From Anaerolineae bacterium (GTDB taxonomy: Bacteria; Chloroflexota; Anaerolineae; 4572-78; J111), in assembly GCA_022071955.1 (NCBI GenBank), contig JAJVIM010000042.1, positions 1-64,000 of the forward strand: 64,000 nucleotides of DNA, given 5' to 3'. Shown in pieces: positions 48,592 to 59,245 of the stretch. Below the pieces are notes generated by a model that was given only the letters and a program-made list of their open reading frames with translations, made no database searches and was not told the DNA's origin. Both the position numbers and the translations under genes were made by a program. Each line of letters begins with the position of its first letter. Position 1 is the first letter of the stretch.

Positions 48592-50757
48592 TTAGGGAGT
48601 CCAACTGATGCGTTCTTCGGTCCAGCCGCGGCTGGCATTGCGGTTTGCCCCCACGTAGCCATCGGGCGAGCCTTCCAGCTCAAAGAGCAGGCGCTGGCCT
48701 TCGCCGGTGGGCAGGGTAACCCAAATGCCCCATTTGCCATCACGCTGGCTCACAAAAGCGATGACGTTGCCATCGGGCGACCAGGCGGGCAGGCCGTCGT
48801 CGCCGGGGTTGCTGGTAATGCGGATGGGATTGGAGCCATCGATATTGGCCACAAAAATATCCCAGTTGCCTTCCCGGCGCGACATAAACGCCACTTTGCG
48901 GCCGTTGGGCGATAACGACGGCGCGGTGTCTTCGTCACGTTGGGTGACGGGCTGGAGGTTGTCAAAATTGATGCTGCCGAGACGCAGCCCGGTGCCGGAG
49001 TTGCCCCAGCCGCGGAAAATGAGGTCGCCGGTGGAGGCCACGGTGGGATATTCGCCTTCGCCCAAAACCATGCCGTTGCTGTTGAGCTGGGTACTGCCCA
49101 CTTTGATCAGCCGCGATTTGCGGTCGCCTTCGCGGCGGGAGAGATAGATGATTTCGCCGCCGTCGCTGGTCCAGGTAGGGAGCTGGTCTTCAACAAAATC
49201 GGCAATGAGCAGCGGTTCGCTGTCGGGTAGCTGCATGGTTACCAGCCCCCACGGTTCCAGCCAGGAGTGAAAGGCAATCCGGGTGCCATCGGCGCTGAAC
49301 GCCGGCTGGCTGGCGTGTTTGCGAAACAGCATTGTCCCGGAGCCATCGGCCCGGCCAAAATACAGGTCAAAATCTGTGCCGTTGAACACCGGGTAGGCAA
49401 TGGTGCCCACCAGCGAGGCCGGTGAAATAGCCGTGCCGCCGGAACCGGCCGCGGGCGCGGTGGTAGGGCTGGCGGTGGGCGTGGCGGTGGGCGGCGCGAG
49501 GGTAGGGGTGTCGGTGGGTGGGGGTGTGGCGGTGGGTTCGACAACCGGGCCGGCGCTGGTTGGTTCGTTGGCCGGGGCATCGCTCAAAGGCTGCACGCTG
49601 AGCGATGCCGGCGTGGCGGTTGGGTCGCTGCCGGCCAGCGCGATGGGCCGTGGCAGGGCTTGGCCGCCATTACCCCCGGCAAACACAAACATATAAAGCG
49701 CGCTGCCCACCAGCCCCACCAGCAGCACTCCCAGCAGCGATACCAGCCACAGAGGCATTGCCCGCCGCGGCGGCGCAGCGGCGGCGCGCGGTTGGGCCGG
49801 GGCAGCAACCGGCTGCGGCTGCTGGCTGCCTTTGGCTATCTCTGTTAGCGCGGCCCGCATTTCGGCGGCGGATTGAAAGCGCTCGTTGGGGTAAACAGCC
49901 ATCGCTTTGAGGATAGCCTGTTCCGTTGCTTCTGACAGCCCGGGATTGAGCTGGCGCGGCTTTACCAGCGCCTCGGGGTCAAACAGCCGCTGGTGAACCT
50001 CGCTGGGCGGTATGTGAGTAACCAGATGGTAGAGTGTGGCCCCCAGCGCGTAAATATCGGAGCGGGCGTCGGTGTGTTCCTGGCTGCCGGCAAATTGCTC
50101 CAGCGGCGCGTAGGCCGGCGTGCCCAGCCCGCGCAGCTCAACTTTGGTGGCCGGGTTGCTGGGGTCCAGCAATTTAACCAGCCCAAAATCGACCAGTTTG
50201 ACTCGCCCGCGCGAGTTGACGCGCAGGTTGGCCGGTTTAATATCGCGGTGAATGATCGGCTGCGGTTCGTGGTTGTGCAGGTAATCGAGCGCGTCCAGCA
50301 CCTGATCGGCCCATTCCAGCACGGTCTGCTCGTCGAGGGGCTGTTTGCTTTTGGTGAGCACGCTGACCAGGTCATCGCCTTCAACGTAATCCATCACCAG
50401 ATATTCGCGGTTGTTTTCCACAAAATAATCAGATACTTTGGGCAGGCGCGAATGATCGAGCCGGGCCAGCACGCTGGCTTCGGCCAAAAACTGCTCGCGG
50501 GCCTGCCCCCGCAGTTTGTCCGGCAGCGATTCGTCGGGCCGGTTTTCTTTGATGGCGCAGCGCCGGCCGGCCAGGCGGTTATCCTCGGCCAGGTAAACCG
50601 CGCCCATCGCGCCGTACCCCAACACGCCAACCGCAGTGTAGCGCTGGCTGAGAACGCTGCCTTTGCCCAGTAATCCACGCAGAGTTGAGTCGCAGTTGAT
50701 ACAGACTTGGGCCTCATCTGAATTGTCAAAACTGCAACCCGGACACATTTGGGTCAT
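48592..50757 (-). CDS. Ser/Thr protein kinase, paralogue of the downstream kinase (Zn-ribbon, kinase, TM, TolB-like propeller)
   Basis: CPGCSF...CINCDSTL, HRDIKPANLRV, same domain order, conserved C-terminus RGWTEERISWTP. Confidence 0.8.
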   Translation of the reverse strand: MTQMCPGCSFDNSDEAQVCINCDSTLRGLLGKGSVLSQRYTAVGVLGYGAMGAVYLAEDNRLAGRRCAIKENRPDESLPDKLRGQAREQFLAEASVLARLDHSRLPKVSDYFVENNREYLVMDYVEGDDLVSVLTKSKQPLDEQTVLEWADQVLDALDYLHNHEPQPIIHRDIKPANLRVNSRGRVKLVDFGLVKLLDPSNPATKVELRGLGTPAYAPLEQFAGSQEHTDARSDIYALGATLYHLVTHIPPSEVHQRLFDPEALVKPRQLNPGLSEATEQAILKAMAVYPNERFQSAAEMRAALTEIAKGSQQPQPVAAPAQPRAAAAPPRRAMPLWLVSLLGVLLVGLVGSALYMFVFAGGNGGQALPRPIALAGSDPTATPASLSVQPLSDAPANEPTSAGPVVEPTATPPPTDTPTLAPPTATPTASPTTAPAAGSGGTAISPASLVGTIAYPVFNGTDFDLYFGRADGSGTMLFRKHASQPAFSADGTRIAFHSWLEPWGLVTMQLPDSEPLLIADFVEDQLPTWTSDGGEIIYLSRREGDRKSRLIKVGSTQLNSNGMVLGEGEYPTVASTGDLIFRGWGNSGTGLRLGSINFDNLQPVTQRDEDTAPSLSPNGRKVAFMSRREGNWDIFVANIDGSNPIRITSNPGDDGLPAWSPDGNVIAFVSQRDGKWGIWVTLPTGEGQRLLFELEGSPDGYVGANRNASRGWTEERISWTP

Positions 50758-50829
50758 TGAATGGCACCTGCAACAATTTGACCGTAATACTATACACCAA
50801 ACTCACAAAATCCTCAACGATTGCGCCGG

Positions 50830-51816
50830 TTATTCCTCGCCCAAAACGCCCAGCGCAATGCCGATGAGCAGCAGCACCAAACCGGCCAATTGCACCGGCG
50901 CAAACGTTTCGCCAAAAATAAAATAGGCCAGAATGGCCGAGCCAATTGGCTCACCCAGCACGGTGAGCGCCACCAGCGTGGCCGACAGGTGGGCCAGCGC
51001 CCAGTTGTACGCGGTGTGGCCCATCAACTGCGGCCCCAGCCCCAGCAGCAGAATCCACAGGTAAATCTGCCAGCCGTAGCCAAACAACGAGTGTTCGCTG
51101 AACAGCACCACAATCAGCATCGTTGCCATGGCCGCCGAATAAACCAGCCACACGTAAGCCGTGTTGGAAATGCGGCGGCGCAGGTCGCGGCCCACAAGCA
51201 AATACGCGGCCACGGTGACGGCCCCCACCAGCGCCAGCATATCGCCGGAGAGGGCGGTATCGGCTTTGCCGGCCGGGGCCAGCAGGTTTTCCCAGTAAAA
51301 CTGAACCCTGCCGCCGTCAACAACCAGAATGCCGCCATCGCTGAAGGCGATGAGCAGGCTGCCGGTAAAGCCGGCGATCAGCCCCAGCACGGTGCTGCGC
51401 GACAGCTTTTCGCGGAAGATAAAATAGACGGCCAGCGCTACCCACAGCGGGTTGGTGGTTACCAGCGCCGCCGATGACGCCACCGAGGTGTATTCCAGTG
51501 AGGTGATCCATGTGGCCAGATGGACGGCCAGCAGCACTCCAGCGGCCGCGGCCCAGCCCACATCTTTGCGGCGCAGGCGGACTACTTCGCTGCGGCTGTT
51601 GCGCCAGGCGATGGGCGTTAAAATGGCCGAGGCCACCGCCAGCCGCCAGGTGGCAATGACGATGGAGGGCGCGCCGTGGCCGCCATCCTGAGCCAGCCGG
51701 ACCAGTATCGAGGATGTGGCGGCGATAAACACACCCGCCAGCAAAACCAGATAGGGTACAAATCGAGATTGGGCCAATGGATTTTCCTGTAGCGCGCGCT
51801 GCGTGGCACGCAACAC
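50830..51816 (-). CDS. EamA/DMT-family transporter
   Basis: 10 TM helices in two EamA-like halves. Confidence 0.8.
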   Translation of the reverse strand: MLRATQRALQENPLAQSRFVPYLVLLAGVFIAATSSILVRLAQDGGHGAPSIVIATWRLAVASAILTPIAWRNSRSEVVRLRRKDVGWAAAAGVLLAVHLATWITSLEYTSVASSAALVTTNPLWVALAVYFIFREKLSRSTVLGLIAGFTGSLLIAFSDGGILVVDGGRVQFYWENLLAPAGKADTALSGDMLALVGAVTVAAYLLVGRDLRRRISNTAYVWLVYSAAMATMLIVVLFSEHSLFGYGWQIYLWILLLGLGPQLMGHTAYNWALAHLSATLVALTVLGEPIGSAILAYFIFGETFAPVQLAGLVLLLIGIALGVLGEE

Positions 51817-51825
51817 GCGGCGCGC

Positions 51826-51869
51826 ATTAAAAATAAAAACGGAGACCCCGTGAGTCCGGAGCCTCCGTT
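51826..51869 (-). terminator. Probable terminator downstream of ppdK
   Basis: CGGAG...CTCCG stem with T-rich run TTTTTATTTTT on the minus strand; stem is short. Confidence 0.4.
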
Positions 51870-51889
51870 TTGGTCAAACAGAATCAAAC

Positions 51890-54598
51890 TTATTTGGCTT
51901 TGAAGCCTTTTTCTTTCAACGCGGCCTGCGCGGCAGCCAACCGGGCAATCGGCACGCGGAAGGGCGAGCAGGAGACGTAGTTGTTGCCGGCGTAGTGGCA
52001 GAACTCCACGGATTCGGGATCGCCGCCGTGCTCACCGCAGATGCCCACTTCCAGGCTGGGGCGGGCTTTGCGGCCGTTGTCGATGGCCATTTTCATGAGC
52101 TGGCCCACACCGTCCACGTCGATGGTTTGGAACGGGTTTTTAGGCAGGATGCCGTCTTCTACATATTTCAGCAAAAAGCCGGCTTCGGCGTCGTCGCGGG
52201 AGTAACCAAAGGTCATCTGGGTCAGGTCGTTGGTGCCAAAGGAGAAGAACTCGGCCACTTCGGCGATTTCGTAGGCGGTCAGCGCGGCGCGCGGAATTTC
52301 AATCATCGTGCCGAATTTGTACTCAACTTCCACGCCTTGCTCTTCCATAACCGCTTTGGCTACTTCTTCCAGCGCCGGCTGGATGAGTTTCAGCTCGTTG
52401 ACGTGGCCGGTCAGCGGAATCATCACTTCCGGTTTGGGGTTGTAGCCTTCTTTTTTCACTTCGCAGGCGGCTTCAAAGATGGCGCGCACCTGCATTTTAA
52501 CCAGGCCGGGGAAGACCACGCTCAGGCGGATACCGCGCAAGCCCATCATGGGGTTGCTTTCGTGCATTTTTTCAATGGCTTCCAGCAGGGCTTCGTCTTC
52601 GGCCAGGCCGGCGGTTTCGCCTTTAACGCGTTTGGTGATGACGCGCTCAAAGACTTCGTCGTGTTCCGGCATAAACTCATGCAGCGGCGGGTCGATGAGG
52701 CGGATGATAACGGGCAGATCGGTCATGGTGCGGAACAGGCCGGTGAAATCGCCTTTTTGGTAGGGCAGCAGTTTGTCGAGCGCCTGCTGGCGAACATCTT
52801 CGCTCTCGGCCAGGATCATTTTCTGGACGATGGGCAGGCGTTCTTCTTCAAAGAACATGTGCTCGGTGCGGCACAGGCCAATGCCCTGCGCGCCGTAGTT
52901 GCGGGCGCGCTGCGCGTCGGCGGGGTAATCGGCGTTGGCCCACACTTGCAGCTTGCGGAAGTCATCGGCCCAGCTCAGCAGGGTCATCAGGTCTTCCTGC
53001 TCTTCCAGTTTGGCTTCCACGGTGGGAATCTGGCCGGCAAAGGCTTCGCCGGAGGAGCCGTCGATGGAGACCCATTCACCTTCTTTAATGGTAATACCGT
53101 TAACGCTCAGTTCGCGTTTTTCGTAGTTGAGGCTGATGTCGCTGGCGCCAACCACACAGGGCACGCCAAATTGGCGGGCCACAACGGCGGCGTGGCTGGT
53201 GGCCCCGCCTTCGGTGGTGAGAATGCCTTTGGCGGCGAGCATGCCGTGCACGTCATCGGGGCGGGTAAACTGGCGGACCATGATCACGTCCTTGCCTTCT
53301 TCTTTGCCCCATTTTTCGGCCAGGTCGGCGTCCATCGCGACCACGCCCACGGCCGCGCCCGGCGAAGCGTTGACGCCTTTGGCCAGCCGTTTGCCTTCGG
53401 CGGTGGCGGATTGTTTGGCTTCGTAATCAAATTGGGGGTGGAGCAGGGTATCAACCTGCTGCGGGGTAACGCGCAGCACGGCCTGTTGTTTGGTGATGAA
53501 ACCATCGTTGGCCATATCGACGGCAATTTTGATGGCGGCGCGAGCGGTGCGTTTGCCGTCGCGGGTTTGCAGCATCCACAGTTTGCCGTTTTCAATGGTA
53601 AATTCCACGTCCTGCATTTCGCGGTAGTGGTTTTCCAGTTTGGTGCAGATGTCCACAAATTCCTGGAAGGCCGCGGGGATTTCGTTTTTAAGGTTGGCAA
53701 TGGGTTCGGTGTTGCGGATACCGGCCACCACGTCTTCGCCCTGGGCGTTGATGAGGTAATCGCCGTAAAGCACGTTTTCGCCGGTGGCGGGGTCGCGGGT
53801 AAAGGCCACGCCGGTGCCGGAGTTGTTGCCCATGTTGCCAAAGACCATCGTTACAATGTTAACAGCGGTGCCCAGATCGTGGCGGATGCCGGCGGCGTTG
53901 CGGTAGTCGCGGGCGCGTTTGCCGTTCCAACTTTTGAACACGGCTTCGGTGGCCAGTTTGATCTGATAGGTGGGGTCTTGCGGGAAGGGGATGCCGGTTT
54001 CTTTTTTGAAGATTTCTTCAAATTCGGCCACAACTGCTTTCCACTGGTCGGCGTTCAGTTCGGTGTCGCTTTTTACGCCGGCTTTTTTGCGGGCTTCGGC
54101 CAGCACTTCTTCAAACGGCTCGTCGTCGATGTTCATCACCACGCTGCCAAACATCTGGATGAGGCGGCGGTAGCTGTCGTACACAAAGCGGGCGTCGCCG
54201 GTGAGTTTGGCCATACCGGCGGCTACTTCGTCGGTCATACCAATATTGAGCACGGTGTCCATCATCCCGGGCATGGAGAATTTGGCCCCGGACCGGCAGG
54301 AGACCAGCAGCGGGTTGTTCGGATCGCCAAATTTTTTGCCGGTTTGCTGCTCAATAACTTTCATGGCTTCCAGCTCTTGTTCCCAGCAGCCTTCGGGGAA
54401 TTGCTGGCCGGCGGCCAGATAAGCGTTGCAGGCTTCGGTGGTTACCGTGAATCCAGGGGGTACCGGCAGGCCAGCGCGGGCCATATCGGCCAGGTTGGCG
54501 CCTTTACCACCCAGCAAGGCACGGACGCCGTCCCAGTTACCAGTGTACTGTTCGGCTTCCGCAACTTCTTTGTATAGGTATACCCATTTCTTTGACAT
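51890..54598 (-). CDS. ppdK: Pyruvate, phosphate dikinase
   Basis: Full-length PPDK similarity (ATP-grasp, phospho-His and PEP-utilising domains); RBS GGAGGAA before the ATG at 54598. Confidence 0.9.
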   Translation of the reverse strand: MSKKWVYLYKEVAEAEQYTGNWDGVRALLGGKGANLADMARAGLPVPPGFTVTTEACNAYLAAGQQFPEGCWEQELEAMKVIEQQTGKKFGDPNNPLLVSCRSGAKFSMPGMMDTVLNIGMTDEVAAGMAKLTGDARFVYDSYRRLIQMFGSVVMNIDDEPFEEVLAEARKKAGVKSDTELNADQWKAVVAEFEEIFKKETGIPFPQDPTYQIKLATEAVFKSWNGKRARDYRNAAGIRHDLGTAVNIVTMVFGNMGNNSGTGVAFTRDPATGENVLYGDYLINAQGEDVVAGIRNTEPIANLKNEIPAAFQEFVDICTKLENHYREMQDVEFTIENGKLWMLQTRDGKRTARAAIKIAVDMANDGFITKQQAVLRVTPQQVDTLLHPQFDYEAKQSATAEGKRLAKGVNASPGAAVGVVAMDADLAEKWGKEEGKDVIMVRQFTRPDDVHGMLAAKGILTTEGGATSHAAVVARQFGVPCVVGASDISLNYEKRELSVNGITIKEGEWVSIDGSSGEAFAGQIPTVEAKLEEQEDLMTLLSWADDFRKLQVWANADYPADAQRARNYGAQGIGLCRTEHMFFEEERLPIVQKMILAESEDVRQQALDKLLPYQKGDFTGLFRTMTDLPVIIRLIDPPLHEFMPEHDEVFERVITKRVKGETAGLAEDEALLEAIEKMHESNPMMGLRGIRLSVVFPGLVKMQVRAIFEAACEVKKEGYNPKPEVMIPLTGHVNELKLIQPALEEVAKAVMEEQGVEVEYKFGTMIEIPRAALTAYEIAEVAEFFSFGTNDLTQMTFGYSRDDAEAGFLLKYVEDGILPKNPFQTIDVDGVGQLMKMAIDNGRKARPSLEVGICGEHGGDPESVEFCHYAGNNYVSCSPFRVPIARLAAAQAALKEKGFKAK

Positions 54599-54865
54599 AA
54601 AACGTTCCTCCAAAAGATTAACAGAAAAGTGTGTTTAGGATTTGGACATAGAAAAACCTCCACCACGCCCAAAGTGAGGGAGGCTGGTCAGCGTTGACCG
54701 TTGGTGCAGTTGTTACTTGCAACGGATTTTATCGATGTACAGACAAAAAACGCCAGCATCGATTATACGCAGCCCGTAACTTTTGGGCAAAGAGTCATCG
54801 GTATGATGGCAGCGTTTACATAAGGGCAGGGTGGCGCATTTCTGCTTTGGCAGGGGTAATCTTCA

Positions 54866-54898
54866 GGTGACTGGCACACTGAGCCAGCGCCAGTCACC
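54866..54898. repeat. 10-bp perfect-stem hairpin GGTGACTGGC...GCCAGTCACC flanked by direct CTTCAGG repeats
   Basis: Read directly in the ppdK upstream region. Confidence 0.35.
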
Positions 54899-54925
54899 CT
54901 TCAGGCGGCACAGTTGCTGGCCCGG

Positions 54926-56041
54926 TTACGCTACTTTTGTCCAGCAGACGGTATCAAAGCCAACGGCCAGCGGAGAGGCAGTCAGCTCGCCGGTTGCGTT
55001 TTCCAGCCGAACGTAGCCTTTGCCGGGGGCAAATTGAAAGCGACCCAAAATTTCCCAGCGACCGCGGTTGGCAGCCTGATTGACCGGGATTTCGGTTTGG
55101 CCGCCGGCGTGGATTATCTGATAGCGGGCGTAGGTGGTGGTGGCGTTATTTTTGGGAATGTAAACCCACACTTCCCACCAGCCGGCGCTGGGGAAAACCG
55201 GTCGCCATTCACCCCAATGGGTGGATTGTTGAGCCGCAGCCGGCGTCGAGAGGGCATCGCCCTGAAACCCGCCCGCAACTTTGGTAAACCCGGCTGATTG
55301 CGAGGCAAAAAAGCCACCGGTTTGCGTGCTGCTTTGCTGGGTGTTGATAACTACCTGCACCACCTGCGCTGCGGTGGCCGGCTGCGCCACCGGCGCGGGC
55401 TGAGTGACAACTGGCTGGGTCACCGGCGCGGGTTGGGGTGCGGCCGGTTGCGCTGGCGCGGGCTGGGGTGCGGCCGGTTGGGGCACTTCTAATTTGCGAT
55501 GACTTTTAATGAAGTCGTTGGGGCTGTAGTAGTTGGCCAGCACCTCGTCTTTGTCTTTGGTCATCGGCGACCAGTTGTTGATGGGCAGCCGGTTTTTGCG
55601 GATTTCAAAATGGAGGTGGGCCAGATAGCGATCTTTGTCGCCCTTGCCCATGGTGCCGATTTGGTCGCCGCGGCTTACTTTTTGGCCCACTTTGGTTACC
55701 AATATTTTTTGCAGGTGGGCGTACTGGCTCCAGACCCGGGTATTATCAGGCAGGGCGTGTTCCAGCAGCACAATGTTGCCCCAGGTGGGGTAAAAACCAA
55801 ACTCTACCACTTTGCCGTTTGAAACCGCGTAAATGGGGTCGCCCAAATCGGTGTCGCCGCCGCCCCGGCCGTTCCAGTCTTCGCCGGGGTGCCAGTAACC
55901 CAGCGATTTGAAATAGTCGGGGTCGGCCAAAACGGTGTCGATTTTTTGGGTTTGAAAAACATCAACATTATCGCCGCGTGGGCCCACCGGGTAATCAAAC
56001 CCATCGGAAATTGGCACGCCATCGCTTGTTTCGTTTGCCAT
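54926..56041 (-). CDS. M23-family metallopeptidase with Pro/Gln-rich linker and C-terminal domain
   Basis: HxxxD and HLHFE zinc-binding motifs; linker encoded by tandem nucleotide repeats at about 55330-55490. Confidence 0.75.
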   Translation of the reverse strand: MANETSDGVPISDGFDYPVGPRGDNVDVFQTQKIDTVLADPDYFKSLGYWHPGEDWNGRGGGDTDLGDPIYAVSNGKVVEFGFYPTWGNIVLLEHALPDNTRVWSQYAHLQKILVTKVGQKVSRGDQIGTMGKGDKDRYLAHLHFEIRKNRLPINNWSPMTKDKDEVLANYYSPNDFIKSHRKLEVPQPAAPQPAPAQPAAPQPAPVTQPVVTQPAPVAQPATAAQVVQVVINTQQSSTQTGGFFASQSAGFTKVAGGFQGDALSTPAAAQQSTHWGEWRPVFPSAGWWEVWVYIPKNNATTTYARYQIIHAGGQTEIPVNQAANRGRWEILGRFQFAPGKGYVRLENATGELTASPLAVGFDTVCWTKVA

Positions 56042-56181
56042 TTTGCTCGCCCCTTTTATGGTAAAGTTTAAAAAATTCTAGCATACGGCTGCGCTGGGGT
56101 CAACTGGTGTTGGCCAGTAATTGACACCGGCGCAACGCCGGGGTAAATTAGAGCGCTCACATTATGCACCCGGAGAAAAAG

Positions 56182-57504
56182 ATGACCACGACTCGTTGGG
56201 GACGGTTTTTAGTCAGGCGGCTGCTGCAACTGGATCGGCCTGCCCCGTTGCGCCTCAGCAGTGAGGTTGCCGCCGAGGTTGAGCGCAATTATCGCTGGAA
56301 TTTTACGGTGAATATGCTCGATGGCACGGCCTTTTGGTTTGGGCTGAACACCATTTCTTCGGCCACCATTATTCCGCTGTATGTTAGCAAACTCAGCGAC
56401 AGCACCGTACTGATTGGTTTGGTTGCGGTGCTGGCCCAGGCCGGCTGGTTGCTGCCGCAGCTTTTTGTGGCCGGGTTGGTTGAACGGCTGCCCCGCAAAA
56501 AACCAATGGTCATCAACGTGGGCTTTTTCACCGAGCGTCTGCCCACCTGGTTGTGGCCGCTGTCGGCGCTGCTGGTGCCGTTTTCACCCATTGCGGCGCT
56601 GGTGCTGTTTTTTGTGGGCTTTGCCTGGCATCATTTGGGGGCGGGAGTGATCGGCCCGGCCTGGCAGGATATGATTGCCCGCTGTTTTCCGGTGAACCGG
56701 CGGGGACGTTACTTTGGCACCACTACGTTCATCGGCACCGGCGTGGGGGCGCTGGGCGCGCTGCTGAGCGGCTGGCTGCTGGAAACATACCCCTTCCCGT
56801 TTAATTTTGCCTACATTTTTCTGATCGCCGCCATTGCGATTAATGTAAGCTGGGCGTTTTTGTCGCTCACCCGCGAACCGGTGCAGCCGGCCGAGCCGTC
56901 GCCGCACGCCCCGCCGCGGTTGTGGGGCAAACTGGTGGCTATTGTCAAAGCCGATGTCAATTTTAGAAACTATCTGATCGCCCGGATTACGCTGGCTTTT
57001 GGCTCGATGGGGTTGGGCTTTGTGACCGTGGCGGCGGTGCAGCGGTTGAATGTGTCTGATATTACGGTGGGGCTGTTTACGGTGGCCCTGCTGGTGGGGC
57101 AAACCACCGGCAATTTGCTGGCCGGCTGGCTGGCCGATCGTTTTGGCCACAAAGGGCCGCTGGAAGCAGCCGGGCTGTGCGCCGCGGCGGCGTTTGGGCT
57201 GGTGTGGCTGGAGCCGGGTGTGGACTGGTATTTTCTGGCGTTTGGGCTGCTGGGGATATCGGTTGGGGCCAGCATTGTGTCCGGCCTGCTGATTGTGCTG
57301 GAATTTTCACGGCCGGAGCAGCGGCCCACCTATGTGGGCATCGCCAATACCGGCGTCGGCGTGGGTAGCGCCATTGCGCCGCTGGTGGGCGGCTGGCTGG
57401 CCGGCGCGAGCTACGGCTGGCTCTTTGCCCTGAGCGCGCTGGTCAGCGTGGCGTCGGTGGCCCTGATGAGCGTGACCGTAAAAGACCCGCGCGACTCACA
57501 CTAA
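56182..57504 (+). CDS. MFS transporter
   Basis: 12 TM helices; ATG at 56182 with RBS GGAGAAAAAG. Confidence 0.8.
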   Translation: MTTTRWGRFLVRRLLQLDRPAPLRLSSEVAAEVERNYRWNFTVNMLDGTAFWFGLNTISSATIIPLYVSKLSDSTVLIGLVAVLAQAGWLLPQLFVAGLVERLPRKKPMVINVGFFTERLPTWLWPLSALLVPFSPIAALVLFFVGFAWHHLGAGVIGPAWQDMIARCFPVNRRGRYFGTTTFIGTGVGALGALLSGWLLETYPFPFNFAYIFLIAAIAINVSWAFLSLTREPVQPAEPSPHAPPRLWGKLVAIVKADVNFRNYLIARITLAFGSMGLGFVTVAAVQRLNVSDITVGLFTVALLVGQTTGNLLAGWLADRFGHKGPLEAAGLCAAAAFGLVWLEPGVDWYFLAFGLLGISVGASIVSGLLIVLEFSRPEQRPTYVGIANTGVGVGSAIAPLVGGWLAGASYGWLFALSALVSVASVALMSVTVKDPRDSH

Positions 57505-58326
57505 CCGCGCCTCAATCCAGTTCAATATAAAATCGATGACTTCCCCCTGTTCCGGCTCATTGTGCGGTTCGTGAAACAGGCCGTCCCACAATTTAAAGGT
57601 GCAGTTGGGCGCGCGCCGGGCAAATTCCTGGCTGGCCAGATGGCTGGTAATCCTGTCGTGGCTGCCGTGCATCAGCAGCAGCGGCCGGGTAAATTCCGCG
57701 GCGTGCGCCAGCGCCCACGCGCCGGCCCGGTTGGCCTCGGTGGCCAGCCGCACCGAAATCCGGTCGTGGTTGAGCGGGTCGGTCTGGTAGGCCCGCACCG
57801 AGTTGGGATCACGTGACACCGCCGTGATGTCGAGCCGGGTGGCAAAGGTGAGGCCGGGCCACACGCGGTCGGCCAGCGCCAGCAACCGTGTTTGCAGGGC
57901 GGGCGGCTCGGTGGCCAGTTGCAGCCACGGCGAGGTGACAATCGCTCCGGCCAGGGTTGGCCGGCGACGCAGCACATAATTGAGCGCCAGATTGCCGCCA
58001 AAACTGTGGCCGTACAAAAAACAGGGCAGGCCGGGGTAATCCTCGGCGGCGCGGTTGAGCAGCGTGGTAATGTTATCCAGCAAAATGGCGTAGGTGAGGG
58101 CGTGGCCGCGTTTGCCCCCCGATTGGCCGTGGCCCGGCAGGTCAAACGTAGTCAGGCAGAAGCCGGCCCGGTTAAAGGCGCGGGCCACGTGGCCGTAGCG
58201 GCTGCTGTGTTCGCCCAGGCCATGCACCAGGCAGACCACGGCGCGCGGCGCGGTTTCCGGCTGCCAGCTTTGGGCAAATATCTGTAAACCGTCTGGCGAG
58301 CGCCAGCCAGATGTGGCGTGGGTCAT
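57496..58326 (-). CDS. Alpha/beta hydrolase, lysophospholipase/monoacylglycerol-lipase-like
   Basis: HGLGEHSSRY, GHSFGG nucleophile elbow. Confidence 0.75.
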   Translation of the reverse strand: MTHATSGWRSPDGLQIFAQSWQPETAPRAVVCLVHGLGEHSSRYGHVARAFNRAGFCLTTFDLPGHGQSGGKRGHALTYAILLDNITTLLNRAAEDYPGLPCFLYGHSFGGNLALNYVLRRRPTLAGAIVTSPWLQLATEPPALQTRLLALADRVWPGLTFATRLDITAVSRDPNSVRAYQTDPLNHDRISVRLATEANRAGAWALAHAAEFTRPLLLMHGSHDRITSHLASQEFARRAPNCTFKLWDGLFHEPHNEPEQGEVIDFILNWIEARLV

Positions 58327-59081
58327 TCGGACAGGGCGGCGGCTATTTGCGGCAACACCAGGGCGGAGTTATCGCGGATAACCAGCTCGGCCTTGGAGTC
58401 CAGATAAGTGGGCTGGTAGTTGATGATGACGATTTTTGCACCGTTATCCAGCGCCACCAGCGGTAAATCTGAGGCGGGGGCTACTTCCAGCGACGAACCA
58501 ACAATCAGCAGCACGTCGGCGGCTTCAATGGCCATTTGGGCGGCCACAAACTCCTGCATGGGCAGTTGTTCGCCAAACAGGATGGTGTTGGGCTTGAGCA
58601 CGCCGCCGCACTCCGGGCAGCGCGGCACCTGGGCATCATCTACAAACTGGCGCAAAATACCGTCGGCCGGCTGCACCCGGTAACATTGCACGCAGGTTAC
58701 CTCGCGCAGATGGCCGTGCAGCTCAAACACGGTTTTTGAGCCGGCCCGGTGGTGCAAGTTATCGATATTTTGGGTGACGACAGCCTTTAAATGGCCGCTG
58801 CGTTCCAATTGCGCCAGGGCATAATGGGCTGCGTTGGGTTCGGCCTGCATGAACAGGCTGGAGAGCGGATGGATCCAGTTGTAAAAGGCTTTGGGATTTT
58901 GCCGAAAGGCGTGAATCGAAGCCACCGCCAGCGGGTCAACGCTGTCCCACACGCCGGAGTTGGGGCTTCTGAAATCGGGGATGCCGGAGATAGTGCTGAT
59001 GCCGGCCCCGGTCATGGCCACCACGTTGCGGGCCTTTTTGATGATGGCTGCTGCCTGTTGAATTTGTTGGCTGAGTTCCAT
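58323..59081 (-). CDS. NAD-dependent protein deacylase (Sir2 family)
   Basis: GAGIST..GIPDFRS, QNIDNLH, CxxC...CxxC zinc site. Confidence 0.85.
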   Translation of the reverse strand: MELSQQIQQAAAIIKKARNVVAMTGAGISTISGIPDFRSPNSGVWDSVDPLAVASIHAFRQNPKAFYNWIHPLSSLFMQAEPNAAHYALAQLERSGHLKAVVTQNIDNLHHRAGSKTVFELHGHLREVTCVQCYRVQPADGILRQFVDDAQVPRCPECGGVLKPNTILFGEQLPMQEFVAAQMAIEAADVLLIVGSSLEVAPASDLPLVALDNGAKIVIINYQPTYLDSKAELVIRDNSALVLPQIAAALSE

Positions 59082-59245
59082 ATGGCTAAAGATACCTTTA
59101 GTTAAGCATTAAGCAGTTTTCAACTCTAAATTGGTACTTTATATTGGATAGAATTAACAGGATTGATTTGATTTTAGCTGTTTTAATCCCGAAAATCCTG
59201 TCTATTTGTTTTATGACAATTTTAAAAGTTGGTTTTGAAAAATAC

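Noticed and set aside
51995-54577. 860-aa ORF on the plus strand, antisense to ppdK
   Set aside because: High-GC genomes produce long stop-free antisense frames. The protein is low-complexity (Gly/Ala/Val-rich) with no motifs, while the minus-strand frame is an unambiguous PPDK.
59153-59201. Imperfect hairpin ACAGGATT...AATCCTGT downstream of the histidine kinase, considered as a terminator
   Set aside because: Stem is interrupted and not followed by a clean U-run on the minus strand. Left unannotated.
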